Shown here: in pieces, positions 45,137 to 58,361 of the stretch
Numbering within the stretch: position 1 is the first letter of the stretch
How the letters are laid out: each line of letters opens with the position of its first letter
NCBI GenBank assembly: GCA_002269645.1
Contig: NIVC01000557.1
Coordinates: forward strand, 124,001-188,000
Source: Macrostomum lignano
Taxonomy: Eukaryota
DNA: 64,000 nucleotides
Direction: 5' to 3'
Notes under the pieces: model-generated
What the model was told of the DNA's origin: nothing
Seen by the model: the letters and a program-made list of their open reading frames with translations, nothing else
The model's database searches: none
Translations under genes and position numbers: made by a program

Positions 45137-48100
45137 GTTTAAACAGGTGTCGGGATCCTTAAACAGGTGCCAGGATGCTTAACCAGGTGTCAGGATGCTT
45201 AAACAGGTGTCAGGATGCTTAAACAGGTGTCAGGATGCTTAAACAGGTGTCAGGATCCTTAAACAGGTGTCAGGATGCTTAAACAGGTGTCAGGATGGTT
45301 AAACGAGTGTCAGGATGCTTAAACAGGTGTCAGGATGCTTAAACAGGTGTCATTAGGATCCTTAAACAGGTGTCAGGATGCTTAAACAGGTGTCTAGATG
45401 CTTAAACAGGTGTCAGGATGTTTAAACAGGTGTCAGGATGCTTAAAACAGGTGTCAGGATGCTTAACCAGGTGTTAGAATGCTTAAACAGGTGTCAGGAT
45501 GCTTAAACAGGTGTCAGAATGGTTAAACAGGTGTCAGGATGCTTAAACAGGTGTCAGGATGGTTAAACGGTTGTCAGGATGCTTAAACAGGTGTCAGGAT
45601 GCTTAAACAGGTGTCAGGATGCTTAAACAGGTGTCAGGATGCTTCAACAGGTGTCAGGATGGTTAAACGGGTGTCAGGATGCTGTAAACAGGTGTCAGGA
45701 TGCTTAAACAGGTGTCAGGACGCTTAAACGGGTGTCAGGATGCTTAAACAGGTGTCAGGATGCTTAAACAGGTGTCAGAATGGTTAAACAGGTGTCAGGA
45801 TGCTTAAACGGGTGTCAGGATGCTTAAACAAGTGTCAGGATGCTTAAACAGGTGTCATTAGGATCCTTAAACAGGTGTCAGGATGCTTAAACAGGTGTCA
45901 GGATGCTTAAACAGGTGTCATTAGGATCCTTAAACAGGTGTCAGGATGCTTAAACAGGTGTCAGGATGGTTAAACGGGTGTCAGGATGCTTAAACAAGTG
46001 TCAGGATGCTTAAACAGGTGTCAGGATGCTTAAACAGGTGTCAGGATGGTTAAACGGGTGTCAGGATGCTTAAACAGGTGTCAGAACGCTTAAACGGGTG
46101 TCAGGATGCTTAAACAGGTGTCAGGATGCTTAAACAGGTGTCAGAATGGTTAAACAGGTGTCAGGATGCTTAAACGGGTGTCAGGATGCTTAAACAGGTG
46201 TTAGGATGGTTAAACGGGTGTCAGGATGCCTAAACAGGTGTCAGGATGCTTAAACAGGTGTCAGGATGGTTAAACGGGTGTCAGGATGCTTAAACAGGTG
46301 TCATTAGGATCCTTAAACAGGTGTCAGGATGCTTAAACAGGTGTCAGGATGCTTAAACGGGTGTCAGGATGCTTAAACAGGTGTCAGAATGGTTAAACAG
46401 GTGTCAGGATGCTTAAACAGGTGTCAGGATGCTTAAATAGGTGTCAGGATGCTTAAACAGGTGTCAGGATGCTTAAATAGGTGTCAGGATGCTTAAACAG
46501 GTGTCAGAATGGTTAAACAGGTGTCAGGATGGTTAAACGAGTGTCAGGATGCTTAAACAGGTGTCAGGATGCTTAAACAGGTGACAGGATCCTTAAACAG
46601 GTGTCAGGATGCTTAAACAGGTGTCATTAGGATCCTTAAACAGGTGTCAGGATGCTTAAACAGGTGTCTAGATGCTTAAACAGGTGTCAGGATGTTTAAA
46701 CAGGTGTCAGGATGCTTAAAACAGGTGTCAGGATGCTTAACCAGGTGTTAGAATGCTTAAACAGGTGTCAGGATGCTTAAACAGGTGTCAGAATGGTTAA
46801 ACAGGTGTCAGGATGCTTAAACAGGTGTCAGGATGCTTAAACAGGTGTCAGGATGCTTAAACAGGTGTCAGGATGCTTAAACAGGTGTCAGGATGCTTAA
46901 ACAGGTGTCAGGATGCTTAAACAGGTGTCAGGATGCTTAAACAGGTGTCATTAGGATCCTTAAACAGGTGTCAGGATGCTTAAACAGGTGTCATTAGGAT
47001 CCTTAAACAGGTGTCAGGATGCTTAAACAGGTGTCTAGATGCTTAAACAGGTGTCAGGATGTTTAAACAGGTGTCAGGATGCTTAAAACAGGTGTCAGGA
47101 TGCTTAACCAGGTGTTAGAATGCTTAAACAGGTGTCAGGATGCTTAAACAGGTGTCAGAATGGTTAAACAGGTGTCAGGATGCTTAAACAGGTGTCAGGA
47201 TGCTTAAACAGGTGTCAGGATGGTTAAACGGTTGTCAGGATGCTTAAACAGGTGTCAGGATGCTTAAACAGGTGTCAGGATGCTTAAACAGGTGTCAGGA
47301 TGCTTCAACAGGTGTCAGGATGGTTAAACGGGTGTCAGGATGCTGTAAACAGGTGTCAGGATGCTTAAACAGGTGTCAGGACGCTTAAACGGGTGTCAGG
47401 ATGCTTAAACAGGTGTCAGGATGCTTAAACAGGTGTCAGAATGGTTAAACAGGTGTCAGGATGGTTAAACGGGTGTCAGGATGCTTAAACAAGTGTCAGG
47501 ATGCTTAAACAGGTGTCAGAATGGTTAAACAGGTGTCAGGATGGTTAAACGGGTGTCAGGATGCTTAAACAAGTGTCAGGATGCTTAAACAGGTGTCATT
47601 AGGATCCTTAAACAGGTGTCAGGATGCTTAAACAGGTGTCAGGATGGTTAAACGGGTGTCAGGATGCTTAAACAGGTGTCAGGATGCTTAAACAGGTGTC
47701 AGGATGCTTAAACGGGTGTCAGGATGCCTAAACAGGTGTCAGGATGCTTAAACAGGTGTCAGGATCCTTAAACAGGTGTCAGGATGCTTAAACAGGTGTC
47801 ATTAGGATCCTTAAACAGGTGTCAGGATGCTTAAACAGGTGTCAGGATGCTTAAACGGGTGTCAGGATGCTTAAACAGGTGTCAGAATGGTTAAACAGGT
47901 GTCAGGATGCTTAAACAGGTGTCAGGATGCTTAAATAGGTGTCAGGATGCTTAAACAGGTGTCAGGATGCTTAAATAGGTGTCAGGATGCTTAAACAGGT
48001 GTCAGAATGGTTAAACAGGTGTCAGGATGGTTAAACGAGTGTCAGGATGCTTAAACAGGTGTCAGGATGCTTAAACAGGTGACAGGATCCTTAAACAGGT

Positions 48101-49412
48101 GTCAGGATGCTTAAACAGGTGTCATTAGGATCCTTAAACAGGTGTCAGGATGCTTAAACAGGTGTCTAGATGCTTAAACAGGTGTCAGGATGTTTAAACA
48201 GGTGTCAGGATGCTTAAAACAGGTGTCAGGATGCTTAACCAGGTGTTAGAATGCTTAAACAGGTGTCAGGATGCTTAAACAGGTGTCAGAATGGTTAAAC
48301 AGGTGTCAGGATGCTTAAACAGGTGTCAGGATGCTTAAACAGGTGTCAGGATCCTTAAACAGGTGTCAGGATGCTTAAACAGGTGTCATTAGGATCCTTA
48401 AACAGGTGTCAGGATGCTTAAACAGGTGTCAGGATGCTTAAACGGGTGTCAGGATGCTTAAACAGGTGTCAGAATGGTTAAACAGGTGTCAGGATGCTTA
48501 AACAGGTGTCAGGATGCTTAAACAGGTGTCAGGATGCTTAAACAGGTGTCAGGATGCTTAAACAGGTGTCAGGATGCTTAAACAGGTGTCAGGATGCTTA
48601 AACAGGTGTCAGGATGCTTAAACAGGTGTCAGGATGCTTAAACAGGTGTCATTAGGATCCTTAAACAGGTGTCAGGATGCTTAAACAGGTGTCATTAGGA
48701 TCCTTAAACAGGTGTCAGGATGCTTAAACAGGTGTCTAGATGCTTAAACAGGTGTCAGGATGTTTAAACAGGTGTCAGGATGCTTAAAACAGGTGTCAGG
48801 ATGCTTAACCAGGTGTTAGAATGCTTAAACAGGTGTCAGGATGCTTAAACAGGTGTCAGAATGGTTAAACAGGTGTCAGGATGCTTAAACAGGTGTCAGG
48901 ATGCTTCAACAGGTGTCAGGATGGTTAAACGGGTGTCAGGATGCTGTAAACAGGTGTCAGGATGCTTAAACAGGTGTCAGGACGCTTAAACGGGTGTCAG
49001 GATGCTTAAACAGGTGCCAGGATGCTTAAACAGGTGTCAGAATGGTTAAACAGGTGTCAGGATGGTTAAACGGGTGTCAGGATGCTTAAACAAGTGTCAG
49101 GATGCTTAAACAGGTGTCAGAATGGTTAAACAGGTGTCAGGATGGTTAAACGGGTGTCAGGATGCTTAAACAAGTGTCAGGATGCTTAAACAGGTGTCAT
49201 TAGGATCCTTAAACAGGTGTCAGGATGCTTAAACAGGTGTCAGGATGGTTAAACGGGTGTCAGGATGCTTAAACAGGTGTCAGGATGCTTAAACAGGTGT
49301 CAGGATGCTTAAACGGGTGTCAGGATGCCTAAACAGGTGTCAGGATGCTTAAACAGGTGTCAGGATCCTTAAACAGGTGTCAGGATGCTTAAACAGGTGT
49401 CAGGATGCTTAA
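45137..49412. repeat. 4.3-kb satellite with a 20-bp unit (ttaaacaggtgtcaggatgc) and higher-order structure
   Basis: About 210 units; variant blocks recur at about 1.5-1.7-kb spacing. Confidence 0.98.
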
Positions 49413-49414
49413 AC

Positions 49415-49600
49415 GCCCTGTCTCTTGGTGGGCGCCCCTGTCTCTTGGTGGGCGCCCCTGTCTCTTGGTTGGCGCCCCTGTCTCTTGGTTGGCGCCCCTG
49501 TCTCTTGTTTGGCGTCCCCTGTCTCTTGGTTGGCGCCCTTGTCTCTTGTTGGGCGCCCCTGTCTCTTGGTTGGCGCCCCTGTCTCTTGGTTGGCACCCCT
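49415..49600. repeat. 20-bp minisatellite (gcgcccctgtctcttggttg)
   Basis: Abuts the large satellite. Confidence 0.92.
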
Positions 49601-49840
49601 ACTCCTGCGTCCTAGGCCTAGGCCGGTTGAAAGTTGGGATCCTGCCATTTGTTGAGTACCATCTGTCCATTAGTTTTTGAGCAAAACTTTTGTAGAGACG
49701 ATTGGGGCTCCTCTGCGTACGCCACTGTACAATAGCTAGATGCAAAAAATCAAGAACTAAATTTTAAGTACTCTACTAAAATGTTAGTAGTAGAATACCA
49801 ATATTGTTTTAAAATCAGCTCTTGATTAATCTATTTATAG

Positions 49841-51669
49841 GTGAAAAATCCTCAACGAGCTATCCCAATCAGCATCATTTTGAGTCTGTCAATTTGCTTC
49901 GTAGCCTACTGCGGCGTCAGTTCCGTTCTCACCTTGATGCAGCCGTACTTCGCTCTGGACCCGTTGGCGCCCCTGCCTCAAGCGTTCGCCGCTCACGGTT
50001 GGCTTGTTGCCAACTATTTCATCGCTGTTGGCGCCATCTGCGCCCTGTCCACTAGCCTGCTGGGAGCCATGTTCCCTCTGCCCCGAGTGGTCTACGCCAT
50101 GGCTAGCGATGGGTTGATCTTTCGCTTTCTATCTCGGGTTCATCCGCGTCTCGCTACTCCATTAATTGCCACCGTCCTGACGGGAGTCATGGCCGGCGTC
50201 ATGGCATGCATGTTCGAGCTGAAAGCACTGGTTGACATGATGTCTATCGGTACACTACTAGCTTACACTCTTGTAGCCCTGTCTGTGCTCATACTTCGCG
50301 GTAGTTGCGACGTTTTCAACAATCGAGCAGTGTCTGCTCCGAGTGAGACCCCTAGTGGAGAGCAGCAGGTTCTGGAAGAGCCCGTTGTTGCAGCGACAAG
50401 CTCAATGAAAACTGTACTGGTCGACGTTGAGGAAACCGACTTTGTTGAGCTCATTGAGTCTACCAGAGCAGATAAATTTACGCTTAAATCCTATCTGAGC
50501 TGCTCATTCCGTAGAGGTGGCTACTCTGAGCCGAACAATCTGACTGAACAGGTCACTCGAGTCAACTCCGGCTTATTTATGATCTCAGCAGGTGTGTTGG
50601 CATTCGTACTTGAGCGGATGCCCAACCAACTGGGAGCTGGCAGGCCAGAAGCAGTGATCCCGGCATCCATTGCCTGCCTACTGTGTCTGTTAGCCATGAT
50701 CAGTTTGGCCATGCAGCCGCAGAGTCGAAAACCAGTGGCTTTTAAGGTAATGCTATTTCATATGTCTTAAAGTGGTAAAGAAATTTATAAAGGGTTGACC
50801 TGATGCTCACAAATGTTATTCCTGTGTCGCTTTGTAGACCCTTTGTAAACCGCGGCCTTTTTAGAGGCAGGGGCCTGTGTGCACCCTGGCGCACTTTAAA
50901 CGACATTGTCGCACAACCGGCGTGAGGCATTGCTGCCCATTCCGCCGACTCCCCTGAGCAGGCACACAAGCGCGCGGATACGTACGCAGTCATACGCACA
51001 GGCACACACTCACACAGGAGTGTACAGCAGCCCTAACTTTATTTATCGTTAGGCATGTACACTTCACTGTGCCTTGGGGGTTGGCCGTCAAGAGCGTTAA
51101 TGGCACGAGCAGAGCCAAGCCGAGATTATCTAGCCCCAAATTAATCTGATTGCACATGGAATCGAACCTGGGCTGCTGGCTACAGCCCCTACGGAACCTT
51201 TGACCACGTACATTTTGCAGATGTGAATGAAAAAAATTAAAAAGGTTGAAATTAACTGTAAAACTTATCGTAACAATCAGAATGTTACAAATCAATTCTA
51301 AGGTTATTTTCGTACGACAGATGCACGTTCCTGTAATCCTGTCATCGACATCGAACTAAAACCAACACTGATTGTCCTTATTTACCTTGGCTCTCACAGG
51401 TGCCCTGGGTGCCGTACCTTCCGTGTCTGTCTATCCTGGCCAATCTCTACCTGATGACCGCCCTATCAAGCAGTACATGGATTCGATTTATAGTCTGGAG
51501 CGCTATCGGATTCCTTATTTACTTTGGCTACGGCCTGTTGCACAGCAACGAGCACGCGGTTCAGACTCGGCCGGTGCTGCTGCTAGCGGCAGAGCAACAA
51601 AACCGGACATTGGTAGCCAACGGTGTTGGTGGCCGCGATAATCAGCAAATAAATAATTTGCACTTGTAA
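49841..51669 (+). CDS. SLC7A cationic amino-acid transporter (CAT/slimfast-like), 3' half only. Exons: 49841-50746, 51400-51669 (stop).
   Basis: [55 protein letters not shown] and AFK|[19 protein letters not shown]…WIRFIVW…GFLIYFGYG. The junction is phase 0, and the first exon begins at an AG acceptor in mid-protein. Confidence 0.9.
50830..51190 (-). mobile_element. SINE family 1, copy D (5'-truncated, longest 3' part) in the SLC7A intron
   Basis: Reverse complement of the family 1 body with the B box ggttcgattcc. Confidence 0.8.
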
Positions 51670-52101
51670 ATATGAGTGCCCGACAGTTTACTACCAACAA
51701 AAGGACCGTCGCAAGCTAGCCAGACATTTAAACTTCATCTTGTGACTATAGTCAGAGTTTTGACTTTTAATGCGGAAATACTAACGTCTACCGTAAATGA
51801 ATATCATAACAAGGTTAATTAAATCTTTTGACGCTCCAGATTTTAATTATCAATTTCCAATTCTCCGCTAAAGAGTGTATGGATTAATTCTTTAAATTTT
51901 TTTATTTAAGACTGAGTTTATTTTTACTATCTGGTACGTCGCTTTTGACGGAATTTTTTCGTAAACGACACTCAGGGGGCTCTACGTGTAGAATGCTTGA
52001 TTTAATTGTACATAAAATATAGGCACCCAGACCGATACTTATAGTATACTTACCCAACCTGACTTTGTATACTCCGATTTTAAAACCGTCTTAAGCCTCC
52101 T

Positions 52102-53187
52102 TACCTGCATCACGTACATACTGTACAACATTGACTTAGATTTCATTAGTTCATCAAATGTACCGGAAAAGGCCTATAATTAAAAAGGAAACTTTAAAAG
52201 TCGAACCCACCAGATCCATCATCTTGTACGTGGCCATGTGGGTGCACTCGACTGACCAGCAGCCATTGCTATCGTCAGCTGCAGTTTCTGTGACGTCCAG
52301 CTTCCAGTATTTGAAGCTCATCTCGGCGTCGTCATCGCATACAGACACAAAGTACATCGTGTACTTTTTAGTCTGGCCCGAAGATTGTACGCCAACAGTG
52401 GCCAAGCTGCATCTGGGCGCAAACATGTCCCAGATCATGTGATCGTGCGCTTTCTGCCGGGTCAAGGGCGTGGACTGCTCCAAGTGCTAAACTCGAACGT
52501 AGCCGTCGTCATGTCCGGTAACAACGAACCGACCGCCCAGGCTGGCAAAGTACAGGGTGTCCATATCGTCCAGCTTACCCATGGCTTTGTTGGCGAATTC
52601 TTGGTCGAATAGTACGCGTTCTTTGACGCGCATTCGAAGATTCCAGACGGTCAGGCAGGAGATCATACTGAGCAAACGGCCGGTTTTTGGGCCCACCTTT
52701 TGATTGTTCAATTTTAGTCTTACTAAACCCGGCCTTTTGCCACTGTTTAGAACGTAGCTTCATTTTCACTTGATATTCCCCGTCTAATTTACAGAATCGA
52801 TTCACAAAGTCATTCCTAGTCCAGGTTACAGGGATTAGTCCTAGTCCAAGTCAAAAGAATTTCTAATCTAAGCTTCATAAGCATTCCTAGTCCATGTCAT
52901 TAATATCAGTCCTGGTACAGATCACAGGATCAATACTGGTCCAGGCCAGATTATACCAGGCCAGACAACTTGTTGTCTCGAGGTCATTAGTTTAATTGAC
53001 AAAAAAAGATTAGTGCCTACTGAATATGCAAAGGTAATTAACCCACCTTAGCTTCTGCAAGCGTCACCAACAGTTCTTCATCGTCTGTGGCAAATGCGTC
53101 ATAAAGCGACAGATCAATTCTGGTGCCGTCTTTTAAGTCGAAAACTTTGTCCGTCGTGTTTTCACTGTCGTCCTCGTCTCGTCACAG
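52102..53187 (-). pseudogene. WD40-repeat gene fragment with an in-frame TAG at 52489-52487
   Basis: The reading frame FVVTGHDDGYVRV*HLEQSTPLTRQKAHDHMIWDM continues past the stop, and the stop sits at the WD-signature Trp position. A candidate acidic upstream exon lies at about 53187-53046. Confidence 0.6.
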
Positions 53188-53499
53188 CTGGTAGCACACG
53201 AACTTATTGTTTTTAACTTCGTCGCACATGATTACGTCACGACCCCCGGGTGTGACAATCATCTCGGAGATGACTTGAGTTGGTTGAGAGCCAAACACAT
53301 CCGGTAGGGCAATGCAAGCTTTTCCCGTCATTGCGTCGTGCTGTTTCAAACTGCGCTGCGACCGACTGATTGAGACGATTTCTAGGAAATTTAAAAATAC
53401 GAACGTATTCTTAAGCAGATTAGCGGAGCCAAATGACTTGCACTATTCTGTTGACATTGATGACTATAAAATGCGAATCAGGCTTCAAAACATATTGCT

Positions 53500-54360
53500 A
53501 AAAGTTAACAATTAATATCTTCCAAACTTGGAGATCTGCAAACTGCATTGGCTTCTGGAAGCCTAAATGGTCAAAAAGAAGGGGCGAAAACGTCCGGCTG
53601 ATCCACCTACCGAGTTTGCTCATTTGCCGCCATCAATGCTTCGCCTCCCTCTGTAAGAAAAACTGCACATAGGCTTGTTTCAGCTGAATCGCGGGCAACT
53701 GCTGATGATAATCGAGAGCTCGAACTGTTCAGGAAGACGGATTCCATTCCTGCTGAGTTTCCAATTTTGTGTCAAGAGGCGCTTAAGAAGTTCAATGGCA
53801 GCAAGTATTTATTCAGTAGAAGAACCAAGTCGAGGTCGAGTTCAGTGTCAAGATCCAATCCGGCTTTTACGCATCTTCCAGCAGGAATGGGGTCACTGTG
53901 GACGTATCTGATCTGCTTGGATTCGGCCGTCAACTTCAGAGCTGGTCTGCTCTCGACAACACTTTATAGCACCACCAGTAAAACTGCTAAAGACGTCTGT
54001 GACAAATTTTTCTAACAAAGTGAGTTGCCTTGCTGATGACATAGAAGATTCTGGTCTTCGGAGAACGCTGCTTTTCTTGGCTGAACAGCTGCTGCTCTGT
54101 CTGACCTTGCCGCATGCACGTCCTTACTCGGCACTCACTACTATGCTATGTCTGAACTTCATACTTAGAAGCAAAGCTTCCTACGCAACTTTGCGAGAAA
54201 TTCTTTGCCTGCCACATCCAAAGTCAAAGACTCCTCAGAAACAGTTGGGTTGTTTTACCACCGTTGCAACTCAGAGTGAAGCAGAGCGTACTGCTTCTCA
54301 TGTATTTGCATCACTGCCTCCCACTGGCGTTAGATGAAATGCACATTAAGCCATCTATTC
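53500..54360 (+). mobile_element. Decayed THAP-domain / P-element-like transposase
   Basis: THAP-like ICKLHW…KKKGRKRPADPPTEF, then FLAEQLLL…YSALTTMLCL…KASYATLREILCLPHP, then (frameshifted) LALDEMHIKPS with the first catalytic Asp. It carries several stops and frameshifts. Confidence 0.65.
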
Positions 54361-54864
54361 TTTTGTTTCCTCGTTCGTTAATGCGTCCGTCGTTAGATTT
54401 ATTGGCATATCCTTGGATTTTTTGCTTACTATTTAAGCTGATAAAATACATACGTTCGTCTTACCTTAAATCAGCCAGCCCCCACATTTCTAACTCACTA
54501 AAGCCGAGTTTCCAGTCCCTTCTTTCTATGGTAAACTTATATCGCAGAAGTCCCTGTTATTGCAGTCCAGATTTCCTTGAAATTGGTTTGAATTTCCAAC
54601 TGTTTCAACGACAGCGAGAACTCTCTCTAGTGCGCAGGAACAAGTGGGACGACATGCTGAGCACTTGGCTGAGTACAGTGGCTTTTCTGTTATCAAGGAA
54701 AAATTAGGAAACTCTGAAATTTCTACGTGGTCCAATCAGATGCATCTGACTATATGCATCTACGCACATCAAATACAAATTAAATTGCTATACATACATA
54801 TGCATAAATTCTACTAGATTCCAATCCCCACTCAGACTATAGTCAACAACTCAGCAAAACAATC

Positions 54865-57308
54865 ATGTACAATTTCGTAGCTTTGCTGACTCTGTGCTTA
54901 GCCACGGCTGCTTCTGCTGTTCAACTGCACGAAGTCGACAGCCAAAGCTGGTCAGGCGATAAAGTACGCGAGTTCCGCCTATCTTTCATCAACCAAGCCA
55001 ACGATTTGCTGGAGTGCGCCGTTTTTGCAGCCAAGTACCTGCTTAGTGATCAGCTTCTGGTCTTCATCAAAGGCGATGGAGCAGTGAAGTCTCAGTGCTT
55101 TTTAGGTGAGGAAAACATGAATGTTTTACTGCCGGACTATTTTTTCAGATTCAAGCAAAACTTTTCCGACACCTTTTTTTCCAGCGACGAAAATTCGTTG
55201 CCTCAGACTCCCGCGGAGCAGCCCTGCGACTTCATCATCAATAAAAGTAGGTGACCAACTTCTAGCGATTTGAAATGATTTCGAAACAACTTCGGTGGTA
55301 TCAGCGAACACATGTAGAATATATATTTCAGGTTTTCGTGACATCACTGCCAACTTGTTGGACAACAATTCAGCACCGAGTCGACAACACGATCGATTTC
55401 CATCGCAACTGGGCCGACTATGCTGCTGGATTTGGCCAGGAGCCGAGCCGAAACTTCTGGATTGGTGCGTACCTGTGCATAGCAAGGACCCTTAGAAGTT
55501 ACCGTTTCATTAAGTCGTAATATTACCGTTCAATGGACAACTTGTGCTACTGTTTGACTGGGGGTTAAACTAAAACTATTTTAAATTATGTACTGTTTGT
55601 TCTTTAAACAGTTTTTTTGCAGAATGCATTGCATCAAAGAGGTGTTATCTCTGAAAATCTTCGTTTGAGAAAAGTCTGACTAAAATTGCGTCTAGAATGA
55701 TACTCTCATGCAGGACTCGGCCATAGATCTTATATAGAGAATAGAAGACGGGAGAGGAGAGATGACAAACAGGGAGGTGGGATGAGAGAAGAGATAAGAG
55801 AGCAGATAAGAGGAGAGAAGAGGTTAGAGAGCTGAGATAAGACACAAACCATAAGCGGGCCGGATTGCTATTGTGAAATTTCAAAGGACCCGAGGGCCGG
55901 ATGGAGAGGCTTCGCGGGCCGCATATGGCTCGCGGGCTGGAGATTTCCGACCCCTGCTCAAATGAGACAGGAGGAGCGGTAACCGGCCTGGCTTCTATTC
56001 TGTGCGTTTGACAGCCTCTTGTAGAATTTTTTCTTGAATTTAAGTCGACAATAATTATAAGATTGAACATATTGTCGGCCTTTCGGAATTTAACAAATAG
56101 GACTAATTATACCTTTCAATACAGGCCTTCGGACTCTTCACTGGCTGACCTCGCCAACTGCTCGAACTCGTCACGTTATTTGATGTTGTCCGTGACCCTT
56201 AAAAGGGCCGTTTTAGTCCCAAATGAATCGAGTCAAGTCTTGATAGCGGATTTGCGTAGCGGAGCACTTGGCATACAAGGCCGGAAACTGGCCGTAGTTG
56301 GTTATTATTGTTGAGATCAATATTCGATGCGGTTAATATCAATATAGAACTTATTGCGCTTTTGGGGCACTGGCGGCTGCAACAATGGTTTTGACTTGAA
56401 GGTGAGTTAGAGATTGTAGTCGAGTGGTAGGCGAGTGATGCAAGACGATGCAACGTGGTGAGTAACGGCGATGAGTACAACAGTGGCAGATGCGTAGTGG
56501 TGAGATTGGCGTTAGCCGTGGCAGACAGTGGCAGGCAGTGTAAACAGGCTGGTCCAGACAGAGAGAAGGAAAACAAGGCCGAGGACAGGCCGGGAGGAAG
56601 AGAGAAGCACAGATAAGGACGGGAGCGAGGAGTGCCGCCGCCAGGCGGGGGGTTTAATAAAGGAGCGCAGAGGGGGGTAGCGCGAAGCACGAGTGGTTTT
56701 CATTGGCTGGCGAGAGAACTTAAATTATCGATCGTGCCAATTTTATACGGTCACGAGAGAGGATAGCAAAATATACAGTGAATTAGAAATTGCCACAAAA
56801 TCGTTGGGCTCTACTATAAGTAAACGTTAAAATAAACTATTGGAGAAATTAATATGAGAAATTACAAGGGAAAATATAGTCCAGCGGCCCTTTTCGGGAC
56901 CACCTTAAACTGACAACGTCACAAACTCTTCGCGTGAGCATGAAAAAGTGGGACGACACTCAGCACTGGGCTGAGTACAGCAGCTTCTCTGTTGCCAACG
57001 AGGCTGAGAAATTTCGTTTAAGTTTTATCGGATTTTCAAGCTCATCAAGCCAGGTTGGAGACTCGATGGCGTATCACAATGGTATGTACTTTAGCACCTA
57101 TAACTCGGACAACGATCTTTCGCCAAGCAATTGCGCTGCATTTTATAAAGGAGGTTGGTGGTACAAAGTATGTCATCATACTAATCCAAACGGCTTATAC
57201 TATAATCTTCCTGAGGCCGAAAATGTTCCAAGTGCTACTGGTATCAGTTGGCTCTTTGAATTTCAACACAAATATTCAATGAAGGAGTTTGAAATGCTAA
57301 TCTGCTAA
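54865..57308 (+). CDS. Secreted fibrinogen-related domain protein (FREP/ficolin/tachylectin-like). Exons: 54865-55105, 55149-55246, 55332-55464, and last exon about 56880-57308; the link between the last two is unresolved.
   Basis: Signal peptide MYNFVALLTLCLATAASA. FReD motifs: WTTIQHRVDNTIDFHRNWADYAAGFG…NFWIG, AEYSSFSVANEAEKFRL, GDSMAYHNGMYFSTYNSDND, NCA…GGWWYKVCHHTNPNGLY. Confidence 0.8.
55711..55956. mobile_element. hAT (Charlie-like) MITE, 246 bp
   Basis: The left end CAGGACTCGGCCAT pairs imperfectly with the right end (reverse complement CAGGGGTCGGAAAT). It has the typical subterminal gcgggccgcatatggctcgcggg and a degenerate 8-bp TSD, ctctcatg/ctcaaatg. Confidence 0.6.
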
Positions 57309-58361
57309 AACTTCACTATATTGTAAAGCTTATAAATTTACAAATATATACCTGTTGAACAGACTAGGTAAGAACTTTTTATGAATGGAACTCTGCACTG
57401 TCTTGCAATACCGATCTTATTGACTCAGTTTTAATACTACACTGACTTTTTGAGACCCAATTTAAATGTACAACCAGATTTTATTTCACATATGAATTGC
57501 ATAGAAAACTGACTTAATTATGGCGCACCTTTTATGTTCTACCCAATGACGCTGACTCTACTTTGTTTGTTTAGAAATGCAAGACCTTGCTATAATGATT
57601 CTTGTAAGGAAACAATATTACTCGTATGTAAAAACCTATTTTATCTAAAATAATACAACTAATTTTTATCAACGTTCAAACTTAGCAAGCGATTTCTAAG
57701 AACTAGAAAATCAATAAAAAGAAAATATTTGGATTTTTCGGTTCAATCATTTTCGGAATTTTTTGTAGCAAGATAAAATTGCAGCCATAGAGAGGGTTTA
57801 CTCTTGTCATTAACCGAGCTTGCTTCTGGGCACGTGAGTGGAATGAGAGGCAGAAATTAAATGAAATGGTACCAGTATGCGACTTTTAGTCTGAACCTGT
57901 GACAGGCAGGCTGATAGCTGCATGGTCATCACTTTATCCCACCCCAAATGATTGCTGTCGCATCGACTGAATCTATCAATTTGGGAAGCTTTCCAGCTCC
58001 CGCTGTTGCATGGACAGCTCTATTATTCATGAAGAATGTGGAATTGCAGTTGGGAAGCTATAAAAATGAAATAATAGAAGCGACTGTTGAGAACGATGCC
58101 TTTTAGTTTAGTCAGTTTAGTCCATTTTGTTGGACTAAGATTTTTGTTTCTGCATAGAAGAGCATAACTCATAAAGCACACAAAATTCAAGTATATGATA
58201 GAACTATCTGTTGTGCAGCCATCCAAAGTTGACGGGCTCTGATAATTTTTAGATATTCAATTGTAGCTTACGATTAATAAGGACCAAAAAGGTTTAAAAT
58301 TTTTACTGTTACTGTATTTTACAAGTCTTCTTAAGTTTATCTAACTGTAGGTAACTCTAGA

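Noticed and set aside
26495-49412. CRISPR-like appearance of the regular 20-30-bp repeats
   Set aside because: The units are head-to-tail with no unique spacers, there are no cas genes, and the context is eukaryotic.
56063-56314. ORF LNILSAFRNLTNRTNYTF as the missing FReD exon
   Set aside because: The acceptor phase does not match the phase-1 donor, and the rest of the ORF is not FReD-like.
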